From a bacterium (GTDB lineage Bacteria; RBG-13-61-14; DATKZS01): a DNA stretch of 64,000 nucleotides. A program made the position numbers and the translations under genes. Numbering within the stretch: the first letter of the stretch is position 1; the number at the start of each line of letters is the position of its first letter. The stretch covers positions 576,001 through 640,000 of the forward strand of contig CAXXFL010000002.1 of assembly GCA_963674965.2 (NCBI GenBank), given 5' to 3'. Shown here piece after piece: positions 33,302 through 43,282 of the stretch. The notes beneath the pieces were generated by a model. The model made no database searches. It was not told the DNA's origin and worked only from the letters and a program-made list of their open reading frames with translations.

Positions 33302-34416
33302 TACTCGCCCTCCGCCTCCGCCTTGTCGGCTTTTGGCGTTTTTGATTCGCCAAGGTCCTCCTGGACCCGTATTTTCACGCCGTCGCGAAGGAGGGTCTTG
33401 CCGCGGAGGACCGCGGGCAGTTTCGGGTCGAGCCCTTCCCCGGAGACGACCGAGCGGTCCTCATTCACCGTCTCGACCCTGACGGGGACCTTGACCGCCT
33501 TGCCGTCCTTGACCTGGTAGATATACTGGCTGTCGTCCAGGTCCCGGAGCACGCAGCGGGAGGGCACGCTCACGGCCTCTTTCTCGTCGAAGACCTTGAC
33601 CTTGGCCGCGGCGAAGGTCCCGATTTTAAGGGCCTGGTTTTTATTGTCCACCATCATCTCGAGGTCGAAGAGGCTGGTATAAGGGTCGGCGCCGATGGAA
33701 ACGCGGTCCACCGTCCCGGACATGGTGGTCCCGTCGGCGGCGGTCACGGCCACGTCCTGTCCTTCCTTCATCTCGACGACGTCGGTGTCGCTGATATTGG
33801 CCTGAATCCGGACCTTGTCCAGGTCCGACACGATGGCCAGGGTGGTGTTGGACTCGGCCCTTTCCCCGACCCGGACCGTAAGCTTCGTGAGCACTCCGGG
33901 GATGGGGCTGATAAGGTCCACCGCGCTCAGGGCCATATCGAGGTCGGCCTTGGCCGCGTCCATTTGTATCTTCGATTTGTCCACCGCGTCCTTTTGCAGG
34001 ACGCCCTTGGCGTGGAGCCTTTTATAGGACTCGTGGTCGCTTTTGTATTCCTCGTAAAGCTCCCGGGCCAGGTTGACGCGCGTCATGTTCTGGGGGTCGT
34101 CCACGTCCAGCCTGATAATGGGGGTGTCGGCCGGTACCATGTCGCCTATCTTGAACTCGATGGACTTGATGCGGGAGGGGTCGGCGGTTTGAAGGTGGGC
34201 CTCGACCGAGCCCATCACCCGGCCCTGTATCTCGCGCCACACCGCAAAGGGGCCGACCTCGACGGCCGTTGTCACCACGGGATATCCCTCCCGCCGGTTG
34301 ATGGTCTCGATGCCCTCCCGCCGGCTTTCCCGCTCGCCTTTGACCATGTGAATCCGGCCGAACACGGCCAGGACCGCGGCCAGAGCGATAATCGCCAGGA
34401 TTAAAGTCCTCTTCAT
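33301..34416 (-). CDS. RND efflux periplasmic adaptor (MFP)
   Basis: TM anchor, lipoyl/hairpin pattern (SPIPG...GE) and coupling to the RND permease. Confidence 0.92.
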   Translation of the reverse strand: MKRTLILAIIALAAVLAVFGRIHMVKGERESRREGIETINRREGYPVVTTAVEVGPFAVWREIQGRVMGSVEAHLQTADPSRIKSIEFKIGDMVPADTPIIRLDVDDPQNMTRVNLARELYEEYKSDHESYKRLHAKGVLQKDAVDKSKIQMDAAKADLDMALSAVDLISPIPGVLTKLTVRVGERAESNTTLAIVSDLDKVRIQANISDTDVVEMKEGQDVAVTAADGTTMSGTVDRVSIGADPYTSLFDLEMMVDNKNQALKIGTFAAAKVKVFDEKEAVSVPSRCVLRDLDDSQYIYQVKDGKAVKVPVRVETVNEDRSVVSGEGLDPKLPAVLRGKTLLRDGVKIRVQEDLGESKTPKADKAEAEGE

Positions 34417-34495
34417 TTTCTCCTCCTTCGGCGCGACCTTCTCGAGCGTCAAATATTAAAAGGGGCAAGTGCCGGCGGCTCGCGGCGCGTAAAAT

Positions 34496-35152
34496 TCAAA
34501 CGGCTAAATTCTTTCGGTCTTCCAGGTCTTCGTGGTGGCCGGTCGTGATCAGTTCGTTAAGCAGGACGACCACTTTGCCGATGGCTTCCTTGCCCGCGTA
34601 CATCTCGGGCCAGATGACGCCGTTGAAGCGAAGGCCGTCGTGAAAGGCGATCATCAGCTTCACCAGGGTCGGCACGTCGAAATCTCTTATTTCTCCATCG
34701 GCCTTGCTTTGGGAAAGGTATACCTGAAGAGCGTCGAAGAACCTTTTGGAGATCATGTTCAGCCTGTTCCTCACCCTCTCCTCGCGGCAGGCCGCGGTGG
34801 AGAACTCGAGCCAGGCCAGGGTGAACGACCTCTCCTCGTTAAGATAGCTGTACATTCTTTCCACGTTGTTTTTTACGATATCATCGACGCTCATCTCATC
34901 GTTCTCGAAATCTTCCTTTAAATCGGCCAGGGCCTTTTCGCACCACTTCTCGAAAACGGCGAGAAAAATGTCCTCCTTGCTGGGGAAATGCCAGTAGATG
35001 CTGCCCTTGCTAAGGCCCGACACCCTCATGATATCGCTAAGGCTCGAGCCGTGATATCCCTTCTGGCAGAAGCACTCCATGGCCGCGTCCATGATTTGTC
35101 TTCTCCTTATTTCTTTGGGCATTTTTTTTCCCGACACGACTCGCTCCTTCAT
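34496..35152 (-). CDS. TetR/AcrR family regulator
   Basis: HTH motif GLSKGSIYWHFPSKE. The start is uncertain (ATG 35152 or GTG 35137). Confidence 0.93.
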   Translation of the reverse strand: MKERVVSGKKMPKEIRRRQIMDAAMECFCQKGYHGSSLSDIMRVSGLSKGSIYWHFPSKEDIFLAVFEKWCEKALADLKEDFENDEMSVDDIVKNNVERMYSYLNEERSFTLAWLEFSTAACREERVRNRLNMISKRFFDALQVYLSQSKADGEIRDFDVPTLVKLMIAFHDGLRFNGVIWPEMYAGKEAIGKVVVLLNELITTGHHEDLEDRKNLAV

Positions 35153-35167
35153 GTTCGCGGCAAGATA

Positions 35168-35224
35168 AACCGACCGTTCGGTCTGTTGACGTGAAAATAT
35201 ACAACCCGACTCCCAAAATGTCAA
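35168..35224 (-). promoter_or_regulatory. sigma70 promoter and putative TetR operator
   Basis: Minus strand TTGACA-17-TATATT (35224-35196), followed by the imperfect palindrome AACAGACCGAACGGTCGGTT. Confidence 0.65.
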
Positions 35225-35263
35225 TATATAGGAGGGGTAAAATTAAGACTCAACTTATATGAA

Positions 35264-35449
35264 GAGCTTCTTGCAAAAGTCCTTTTCTTTGCGGCATAGC
35301 CGCTTTGGAGTGCGGTCGCTTGAGACCGCTTTCGATGGCCTTGGCTTGACAAGGCCTATTAATACACCGGCTTGCCTCGCGTCAAGCCGCTCGGAAGAAA
35401 AGCGGCGTCGAGCCGCCGCACTCCAAATCGGGAATTTTGCAAGAGGCTC
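35264..35449 (+). mobile_element. Family A MITE-like element copy A2, TGAA target duplication
   Basis: TIRs GAGCTTCTTGCAAAA / TTTTGCAAGAGGCTC; TGAA on both flanks (35260-35263, 35450-35453). Confidence 0.9.
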
Positions 35450-35542
35450 TGAAAATAGAAATTAAAGAATCCACTATGGCAAGTAACGTTTAATATGCAA
35501 TTGTAACAATACGTTAAGAAAATTCGCGCGTGGCCTTAAGGC

Positions 35543-37324
35543 TCAGTGGACGCACGATCCGTCGTGCCAGTCTTTAAGACGCCTGGCGTCCGAGGTTTTG
35601 CCCAGGGTCTGGTAGCATTTCATGGCGCCCTGAACGGCATCCTTCAAGGGGGCCGAGCACGACGGCTTGGGCAAGGTCCCGCTTTTCGCGTACCCGTAGC
35701 GAAAAAGGACTTCCTCGTAAGACTCGAGGGCCTTTTGATAGTCTCCCCTTTCCATGTTTTTACTCGCCTGGAAGAGGAGATAATCGGTGGTCTTGCTTTT
35801 CTTGCCGAAGATGGTCCCCTTGAACTTGAACATGGAGTCTTCGGACTCATCAGCTTGCGGCGCCGCGGGTGGGGGCGGCGCCGAGGCGGTCTCGTCCTTG
35901 GCCGAGGCGCCGGCCGGTCCGTTCCCTCCGGAAAGGGGCGCGGTGGGCGCGGGAGCGGCGGCGGGAGCCGGGGCCGAGGAAGGCTTGGATTTCTTCATGT
36001 CCCATCCCCAGAATTCCTCGGCCGCGACGTTCTCCGGCTGAGCCGGCGCGGGGGCGGGGGTGGCCGCTCCGATCGGGACGGCCGTTCCCGGGGCCGCTCC
36101 CGGGGCGGTTTTCACGAACCCGTCCTCTAACCCTCGCTCGGGGGGTACAGTCTCATCCGCCGCCGGCACCTTGGCCACGGCCACCTCGATGGGAGGCTCG
36201 TCCACTATAAAGAGGTCGTCGATCGATTTTTCCGCCGCCTTATCCGCCTCGGTTTTGACGGCGTCCGGCTGGGCCTCGGCTGGCGCCGCTTCAGGGATAA
36301 TTACGGAAAAATATATTCCGGCGCCTTCGGTTTCAGAGGGAAAATCTTCTGGTTGATTGTCCGCCGATTTGGGTTCGGCAGGCTCGGTTTCCTTGGGGGC
36401 CTCGGTTTTTGTCTCCTCCTTGGGCTTGGGAGGCTCGGCCGTTTTCTCGGCGGGAGCGACCGTTGCGGCGGCGGGAGGAGGAGCCATTTCGGGCGCGAGC
36501 TTGGCCGAGGCCCCGCCGGCGTCGGTATCCATGACGGGGGCCGCGGCGACGGCCGGCTCGGCTTTTTTCGGTTCCGGCTTGTCTTCCAGCGGCTCGGCTC
36601 CCTTTGTTTCCTCGGGGGCTATATAGGCGAGGATCAACGGCTTGGCGGTGGACCCCTCCTTCTCGCCGGCGGTGGTCCTGGCCATGATCTCGGCCTCGTC
36701 GGCGTCGGCTTTCATTTCCTCCAGTTCTTTATCGCGTTTTGCTTTTGTCTCTTGGTTAGCGTCTTTATCTTCGTCCGAGGCGGAAAGGGCTCTTTCAACC
36801 ATCTCCTCCGCTTTTTTAATCTCGTCGTCGCTTGGAGCGGTGGGCGCGAGGCCGAGCTTGGCTTTTCTCGTTTCCATGCCTCTTTCGGGAGGGGGAGGCG
36901 CGGCTTCCCTTTTCGCGCTCAGGTCCTCGGTGGACATGGCCACGGTCATGTCCGCCTTATCGGTTCCTCCGATGCGCTTGCCGCCGAACCATCCCACGGC
37001 GAAGACGAGTCCCAGCCCGATTATGGCGACGGCGGCCGTCGCCAGGGGCCGGCTCATAAAGTAGGAGAAATCCAGTCTCGATATAATTGATGGCGGCTCT
37101 TCCTGGGATGCCCTTACCAGGTCCATGATTTTTTTATCGATCTGGACGGGCGCGGGAGGATCGGGCAGGGCCCTTATCAAGATGGCGGTCTTTTTAAGTT
37201 CCTCGAAATCCCGGGCGCACTCGTCGCACTCGGCGAGGTGGGCCATGAGTTCTTCTTCCTCCTCGCGGGGGAGTCCTCCGTAGATCAGGTCGATTATTTT
37301 TTCGTGGAACTTATCGCACTTCAT
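35543..37324 (-). CDS. Anti-sigma factor (zf-HC2) with long Pro/Ala/Glu-rich linker and TPR-like end
   Basis: HLAECDEC motif, TM helix, low-complexity region; coupled to the ECF sigma. Confidence 0.85.
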   Translation of the reverse strand: MKCDKFHEKIIDLIYGGLPREEEEELMAHLAECDECARDFEELKKTAILIRALPDPPAPVQIDKKIMDLVRASQEEPPSIISRLDFSYFMSRPLATAAVAIIGLGLVFAVGWFGGKRIGGTDKADMTVAMSTEDLSAKREAAPPPPERGMETRKAKLGLAPTAPSDDEIKKAEEMVERALSASDEDKDANQETKAKRDKELEEMKADADEAEIMARTTAGEKEGSTAKPLILAYIAPEETKGAEPLEDKPEPKKAEPAVAAAPVMDTDAGGASAKLAPEMAPPPAAATVAPAEKTAEPPKPKEETKTEAPKETEPAEPKSADNQPEDFPSETEGAGIYFSVIIPEAAPAEAQPDAVKTEADKAAEKSIDDLFIVDEPPIEVAVAKVPAADETVPPERGLEDGFVKTAPGAAPGTAVPIGAATPAPAPAQPENVAAEEFWGWDMKKSKPSSAPAPAAAPAPTAPLSGGNGPAGASAKDETASAPPPPAAPQADESEDSMFKFKGTIFGKKSKTTDYLLFQASKNMERGDYQKALESYEEVLFRYGYAKSGTLPKPSCSAPLKDAVQGAMKCYQTLGKTSDARRLKDWHDGSCVH

Positions 37325-37968
37325 TTTTTTTCCTCTGCCAGGAACCCGCCCTGGCTAAGCGCCTTCCGCAGATGGCCAAGGGCGTAATGCATCCTGGTCT
37401 TGACCGTGTTGAGGGGCACGCCGGTTATCTCGGCGATTTCCTTAAAGGGCAGCCCGGCGCGTTCCCTTAACAGTACAACCTCCTTTTGTTCGGCCGAGAG
37501 GGTCTCGAAGGCCTCCTCGATGGCCTGGGCCAGTTCCCGGCCGCGAAGGTCATCCTCCGGGGTGGGGCCGTGATGGGCCATCAGGTCCAGGCGGGTACCG
37601 CCTCCATCCTCCCCGATCGGGTCGTCGAGGGACTCGGTTATCCTGATCTTTTCCCTCCTCGCGTGGTCGATGGCCACGTTGCGCGCGATGGTGTAAAGCC
37701 AGGACGTGAAGTTCGCCGTGGGCCTGTAATCCTCGGCCGCCCGTACCACTCTCAAAAAGACGTCCTGATACGCGTCCTCCGCGCTTTCGCGCCCGCCGGT
37801 CAGGCGATAGAGGAAACCGAAAAGCCGCGAGCCGTGCCTTTGGATGATCTCGCTCAGGGCCTCGACGTCACCCCCGCCAAAGGCCTCCATGAGCTCCTCA
37901 TCGCTCATCTTCGACCTCGATACCGGCGGGACCAGCTTAACCACCCCGGTCTTTTTATTGCCTTTCAT
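37321..37968 (-). CDS. ECF RNA polymerase sigma factor
   Basis: AEDAYQDVFL, FTSWLYTIARN, EIAE...NTVKTRM. Confidence 0.95.
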   Translation of the reverse strand: MKGNKKTGVVKLVPPVSRSKMSDEELMEAFGGGDVEALSEIIQRHGSRLFGFLYRLTGGRESAEDAYQDVFLRVVRAAEDYRPTANFTSWLYTIARNVAIDHARREKIRITESLDDPIGEDGGGTRLDLMAHHGPTPEDDLRGRELAQAIEEAFETLSAEQKEVVLLRERAGLPFKEIAEITGVPLNTVKTRMHYALGHLRKALSQGGFLAEEKK

Positions 37969-38065
37969 AGTTATAAACGAATCAACCTCTTTCAGGTTCT
38001 AGCCTCGTCCGCACAAATCGGAAAATTTCGAGCCAAAAGGCCCGCCGCGGGTAAAGGCCATAAAA

Positions 38066-38596
38066 TCAAGCTTTTTCAAGCAGGTCGGCCACCCTGCCAA
38101 AGTCCGAGATATCTTTGCCATAATAGGCGAAGACAACCTCGCCCTCGGGAGACAATAAAAAGGAAGCCGGGACCTGAAACTCGTCTCCCTCGAACATGCC
38201 GTGCATATGGCCCTTGAACGTGGCCCGGAGGCTGGCCTTCAGCACGGAGGGCGCCGTGAACTCCTTGAGCCCGCCCCGCCTGACCTCGAACCTGTCGTAG
38301 AGCTTTTTCTCCTTGTCCGGCACGAGAACGAAAGGGAGATGCCGGCTCCTCGAGTAGGTCTCGGCCCGTTTCTCCGTGGCCTGAACCACTACCACCAGCC
38401 GAATCTTCTTGGACTCGAAAAGAGAAAACGACTCGATAAGCTCGTCGATCTTTTCCTTGCAAAGGGGACAGCCGAGATGGCGTAAAAAGAAAAGCGCCAG
38501 CTTGCCGTCCTGACAATCGGCGGGCCAGTTTATTTCCTTGCCGTTCTGGTCATTAAAGGAAAAGCTGTCTATTTTGTCGCCGGCTTTTAGCGCCAT
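38066..38596 (-). CDS. Peroxiredoxin-like (AhpC/TSA_2) redoxin
   Basis: FFLRHLGCPLC CxxC motif and a thioredoxin-fold pattern. Confidence 0.85.
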   Translation of the reverse strand: MALKAGDKIDSFSFNDQNGKEINWPADCQDGKLALFFLRHLGCPLCKEKIDELIESFSLFESKKIRLVVVVQATEKRAETYSRSRHLPFVLVPDKEKKLYDRFEVRRGGLKEFTAPSVLKASLRATFKGHMHGMFEGDEFQVPASFLLSPEGEVVFAYYGKDISDFGRVADLLEKA

Positions 38597-38909
38597 TAAT
38601 ATTGTCCTCCCTCTTTATCGTCCGCTTAGTATTCCGACTGATCGCCAAGGCAACTTTTTTCGCCTTAAGCGACGCCAGTATAGCATATATCCTCCATTGG
38701 CTCTACATGCAAACGTGGCCGAATTTCCGTATTCAAGGCAAAACGTCTTCGCGGCGACGACCTCGAATAATGACTACGGACATCCAGCCAGGATAGAAAG
38801 TTCTTCCTCCAGGCCTTCCTTCTTAAGCTGAAAAAACTCTTATGATAGAAAAATCCTGGGAAGTTCTGGCGGACAAATTTCCCGATCTCGGCTAAACGAC
38901 TTTAATATA

Positions 38910-39095
38910 GAGCCTCTTGCAAAAGTCCAGCTTTGGAGTGCGGCGGCTCGACGCCGCTTTTCTTCCGAGCGGCTTGGCGCGAGGCAAACCGCTGTATTGA
39001 TAGGCCTTGTCAAGCCAAGGCCATCGAAAGCGGTCTCAAGCGACCGCACTCCAAAGCGGCTATGCCGCCAAGAAAAGGACTTTTGCAAGAAGCTC
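38910..39095 (-). mobile_element. Family A MITE-like element copy A3 (reverse), TATA target duplication
   Basis: Reverse complement of A1/A2; TATA at 38906-38909 and 39096-39099. Confidence 0.9.
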
Positions 39096-39375
39096 TATAA
39101 TCATTATTTATCGGAATTTATCCGCGCCGTTCTAACCTTTGATTTTTCTTTTTTCCACGCTCCCCGATAGCAAGCCTCGGCAATATAAATTGCCAAAAGT
39201 GGGATTGTTTTTCCCGGTTCGGAGCATTGGGGGACAACCCGTATTCCCTCTTGATCGTAATGGCTTAATAAATAAAGACAATATTTGAGGAAAACAAAAA
39301 ATCTCCGGCGCCGGGCTTGCATAAATCTCTTGATCGAACCTTACTCGACAATAGCTTTGTCTTTGGAGCCAAGTT

Positions 39376-42090
39376 ATGATCAATAAATTTCTTTTCCTGG
39401 TCGTCAAGTTTCCCAAGCTGACCATAGCCGTGGTTTTGGCCTTAACGGCGGTCTTCGGGTATGGCTTTACCAAGGTCGAGTTCACCAGCTCGGCCGAGAA
39501 ATTTTTCATCAAGAACGACCCCGACCGTACTTTTTTCGACCTGGTAAAGGAGACCTTTGGCAACGACGGCGTAACGGTCGTGGCCATGGTGGCCCCTCCG
39601 GGGGAGGACATATATGACACCCAGAGGTTGAAGCGTCTCAAAAGGGTATGCGACGAGCTCGAGTCGATCAAGGGCATAAAAAAGGTCGTGAGTTTGACCC
39701 ACGTGGAAAGGATTTACGGCTCGGGCATGTCCATCAACGTTCAACCCCTGATCCCGGAGATACCGGACGAGCCCGAGGAATGGGCCGCCCTGAAAAACGC
39801 TCTTGCCGAAAACCACATGTACGACCGCAACCTGGTCAGCCCGGACAGGCGGACCGCGGCGATCAACATATTCATGGACGACTTCGACGACCGGCAGGGC
39901 CGCTATTCGGAGATACTCGACGAGGTCTCGGCCGTGCTCAACTCCCAGGCGGGGCCGGACTCTTTTTACGTCTCGGGCATACACGCCACCAAGCAGGAAA
40001 CCCTGCGCGCCATCAAGCGGGACCTGGGAAGGTTCATGCCTCTGACCTTCGTTCTCATCGTGATTATTCTGGCCGTCAGCTTCCGTACTTTCCGGGGCGT
40101 GCTGTTGCCGCTGGCGTCGGTTTGCCTGGCCTCGGTGTGGACGGTCGGCTTCATGGGCCTGGCCGGGATTTCCCTCAGCATGGTAACGGTGGTGCTGCCG
40201 CCCCTCATCGTGGCCATAGGCAACGCCTATACCATCCACGTCATGAGCGAGTACGTCGAGCAGAGCGTCGAGGCGTCCGATCCCTCGGACCTGGTTTATT
40301 CCATCCTGAACCGGGTGTCCCTGCCCCTGGTGGTGTGCGGCTTCACCACGGTGATAGGCTTCGGCTCCCTGGGTTTTAACAAGATACCGGCCATCCGCGA
40401 CCTGGGCGTTTCCTCCGCGGTGGGCGTCGTCTTCTGCGTGTTCATGTCCCTCGTGTTCGTGCCCGCGGTCCTGGCCCTGATGCCCTCGCTGAGGACGGGG
40501 GCGGAAAAGGAGGAAGAGGAAAAGGATGGGGCCGAGAAGCAGGGCCTGCTCGACGAGTTCCTCGCCTCGGCGGCCGAGTTCTCCCTGCGGAACCGGGTCA
40601 TGATCCTGGCCGCGTGCATGGTCCTGGCCCTGGCCGGGGCCCTGGGCGGGTTCAGGATCGACGTGGACACCGACTTCCTCAGCTTCTTCGACAAGGACGA
40701 CCCCGTAACCGTGTCCAACGAGATGCAGACCAAATACCTGGCCGGCGCGGCCCCCTTCTTCGTGATCATGGACGGCAAGGGGCCAGACGTTTTCAAGGAC
40801 CCGGCCCTGCTCAGGAAAATGGACCTTTTTCACAACTGGCTGACCCAGGAGGTCGAGGGAATCGACCTGGCCGTGTCCCTGGTCGATTTCATCAAGATAC
40901 TAAACAAGGTCTTCCATAAAAACGACCCGGCCTTTTTCAAAGTGCCCGACGACGGGAGAATGGTGGCCCAGCTCCTGCTCTTCTACTCCTTTTCCGGAGA
41001 CCCCGCGGACTTCGCCCCCTACGTGAACGGCGACTACTCCCAAGTCAACGTCATGGTGCGAAGCCGCCTGGTGGGGTCCAAGGAAACGGACGCGGCCATC
41101 CGGGAGATCGAGGCCTACGCGAACAAGCTCTTCGGGGACAAGGTGGACGTAAAGGTCACGGGCACCATCAAGATGATGAACAAGAGCGCCAACGAGGTGG
41201 CCCTGGGCCAGATCAAGGGCATAGCCACCTGCCTTATCGTGATCTTCCTGGTGATGAGCGTGCTTTTCATTTCCCCTCGCGTGGGTTTTCTCGCCATGCT
41301 GCCCAACGTGCTTCCCGTGCTGGTCCTTTTCGGGGTAATGGGCTTCGCGGGCGTGACCTTGAACTTTTCCACCAGCCTTATCGCCTGCATCGCCATCGGC
41401 CTGGGCGTGGACGACACGATCCATCTCATGAGCCGGTACAACTCCGAGCTGAAGGAGGCCATCGACCCGGACGAGGCCATCAGGAGGACGATCAAGTCCC
41501 TGGGCAAGCCCGTTATATATACCTCGCTCAGTCTCTTCTTCGGCTTCAGTATCATCGCCGGCTCGGACTTCGTGCCCATCCGGCACTTCGGGGCCCTCAC
41601 GGGAATGAGCATACTCGTTTGCCTTCTGGCCGACCTGTTCCTCCTGCCCGCCCTTATCTCCACGGTGCGGATCACCACCTTGTGGGACCACGTGGACCTG
41701 GGCATAGGCGGCCAGGTAAAGGGAGAGATTAGGCTTTTCAAGGGGCTGTCTCCCCACCAGGCCAAGATGGCCACGCTGATGGGGGTGTTCGGTTTCTACG
41801 CTGACGACGAGCGGATCGTGCAAGAGGGCGAGGTGGTAAAGGACCTTTTCGTGGTGCTGGAGGGAGGCGTGAAAAGCCACAACGGCGATATGGCCAAGGA
41901 GTCCAGAGTTGGCGAGGGCATGGAGTTCGGCTGTGCTCCCGGCCGGGACCCCTACTCCTCCGACGTCAACTGGGTCGCCGTGGGCGAGACCAAGGTCCTC
42001 ATGATAAACCCCATGACCCTGGACCGGCTCAAGGGCGCCCATCCCAAGATAGCCGAGAGGATCGAGGCCAACCTGGCCAGGATTTCGTGA
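39376..42090 (+). CDS. MMPL/RND-family exporter with C-terminal cNMP-binding-like domain
   Basis: Two MMPL repeats (GLGVDDTIH, TTVIGFGSL). The C-terminal LFKGLS...IVQEGE...LFVVLEG...FG resembles a cNMP fold. Confidence 0.85.
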   Translation: MINKFLFLVVKFPKLTIAVVLALTAVFGYGFTKVEFTSSAEKFFIKNDPDRTFFDLVKETFGNDGVTVVAMVAPPGEDIYDTQRLKRLKRVCDELESIKGIKKVVSLTHVERIYGSGMSINVQPLIPEIPDEPEEWAALKNALAENHMYDRNLVSPDRRTAAINIFMDDFDDRQGRYSEILDEVSAVLNSQAGPDSFYVSGIHATKQETLRAIKRDLGRFMPLTFVLIVIILAVSFRTFRGVLLPLASVCLASVWTVGFMGLAGISLSMVTVVLPPLIVAIGNAYTIHVMSEYVEQSVEASDPSDLVYSILNRVSLPLVVCGFTTVIGFGSLGFNKIPAIRDLGVSSAVGVVFCVFMSLVFVPAVLALMPSLRTGAEKEEEEKDGAEKQGLLDEFLASAAEFSLRNRVMILAACMVLALAGALGGFRIDVDTDFLSFFDKDDPVTVSNEMQTKYLAGAAPFFVIMDGKGPDVFKDPALLRKMDLFHNWLTQEVEGIDLAVSLVDFIKILNKVFHKNDPAFFKVPDDGRMVAQLLLFYSFSGDPADFAPYVNGDYSQVNVMVRSRLVGSKETDAAIREIEAYANKLFGDKVDVKVTGTIKMMNKSANEVALGQIKGIATCLIVIFLVMSVLFISPRVGFLAMLPNVLPVLVLFGVMGFAGVTLNFSTSLIACIAIGLGVDDTIHLMSRYNSELKEAIDPDEAIRRTIKSLGKPVIYTSLSLFFGFSIIAGSDFVPIRHFGALTGMSILVCLLADLFLLPALISTVRITTLWDHVDLGIGGQVKGEIRLFKGLSPHQAKMATLMGVFGFYADDERIVQEGEVVKDLFVVLEGGVKSHNGDMAKESRVGEGMEFGCAPGRDPYSSDVNWVAVGETKVLMINPMTLDRLKGAHPKIAERIEANLARIS

Positions 42091-42101
42091 AAGGGAAGCG
42101 C

Positions 42102-42665
42102 TTACTTCTTGTAGTCCTTGCCCATCTGCCAGGCCGGACCCACGCGCTCGCCCATCCGGTAGTAGCTCCTGTCACCCACCGAGTAAACCAGCGGGGCGAC
42201 CTTCATCATGTCGGGCTTGCCGTCCACCAGGCAATCCTCCTCCGCGTGGGCCCCGACGACCTCGCCGAAAAAGGCCGTGTCCGGACTTAGCTCCACTTCA
42301 TGGATCAGCCTGCACTCGAGGCATACCGGGCATTCCCCGGCCATGGGGGCCGTGCCCAGCTCTCCGTAAAAGGTCTCGAAAACCTGGGTCTTGTCCACTT
42401 TATGGCCGGAGTTGATCCCGCAGTAATCCACGGCCCGGGCCATCGAGACGGAGGGCACGTTCACGCTGAAGGTCTTGTTCTCGCGTATGCCCCGTACCGT
42501 GTAGTGGGCCTCGTTAAGAGAGACGCACAAGGTGGAGGGCTGAAGGTTCACTACCCCGCAAAAGGCCGCCGTCATGTAATTGGGCTTGCCCCCGACGTTC
42601 GCCCCCACCAGCACCGCCGGCATGGGATACAGGAAATGTCCCGAGCCAAGGTTCTTTTTCGCCAT
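42102..42665 (-). CDS. Flavin reductase / flavoredoxin family protein
   Basis: YPMPAVLVGA, FSVNVPS, CGINSG...DK, ECPVCLEC. Confidence 0.9.
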   Translation of the reverse strand: MAKKNLGSGHFLYPMPAVLVGANVGGKPNYMTAAFCGVVNLQPSTLCVSLNEAHYTVRGIRENKTFSVNVPSVSMARAVDYCGINSGHKVDKTQVFETFYGELGTAPMAGECPVCLECRLIHEVELSPDTAFFGEVVGAHAEEDCLVDGKPDMMKVAPLVYSVGDRSYYRMGERVGPAWQMGKDYKK

Positions 42666-42688
42666 CCGTTCCTCCTTCTCGCTTCCAA

Positions 42689-42916
42689 TCAGCTTCGGTC
42701 CGCGTCGCCCTTCTTGCCGAAACCCGGACCGAGCTTGTCCGAATGAAGCTCTCCGCCGCTGGCCCAGTTTTCGCGGTCGTGCTCCTCGATGATGACCGTC
42801 ACCCACTCGGGCTTGACCTCGAGTATTTCAACCATGGAGTCGGTCACGGCCCTGGCCAGGGCGCGCTTCTTCTCCACCGGCCTTCCCTTGGCTATTTTGA
42901 TCGTAACGATGGGCAT
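42689..42916 (-). CDS. 4-oxalocrotonate tautomerase family protein
   Basis: Catalytic Pro1 (MPIVTI), GR..EKKR.L, ENWASGG. Confidence 0.92.
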   Translation of the reverse strand: MPIVTIKIAKGRPVEKKRALARAVTDSMVEILEVKPEWVTVIIEEHDRENWASGGELHSDKLGPGFGKKGDADRS

Positions 42917-42935
42917 GTTGTTCACCTTTGAATCA

Positions 42936-42971
42936 AACGGGTAACCCATAGCTCGCCTATGTGGGCGACCG
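42936..42971 (+). repeat. Family B partial left end (B0)
   Basis: AACGGGTAACCCATAGCTCGCCTATGTGGGCGACCG is identical to the left end of copy B3. Confidence 0.85.
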
Positions 42972-43282
42972 CCAGGAAGCAGTTCATCCCCTCCGCCATA
43001 ACGGGTAACCCACATAGCTCGCCTATGTGGGCGACCGAAGGGAGCAGGTCGGCGCGTATAACTTTAATACCCGACCCGCGACTTTATATTTTCCAAGCAT
43101 AATCGCGGGAGAGCGGCAACCCCCATTCTTGGTACCACCCGACCTGCTCGCTATGCTCGCCCACATAGGCGAGCTATGTGTAAACATGAAAGCGGGCTGT
43201 CCTCCAAGACGGTTTGAGGTATAACCGTAAACCAAGGGGTTGCAATGCAGGGCCCCAAATAAATGAAGGGAGGTACAGCCCA

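Noticed and set aside
38066-38596. Selenoprotein recoding in the redoxin
   Set aside because: The CxxC motif is encoded by ordinary Cys codons and there is no in-frame TGA.
42936-43040. Repeat-spacer-repeat (36 bp + 28 bp + repeat) as a mini CRISPR array
   Set aside because: There are only two units, the second continues into a long dispersed repeat, and there are no cas genes.
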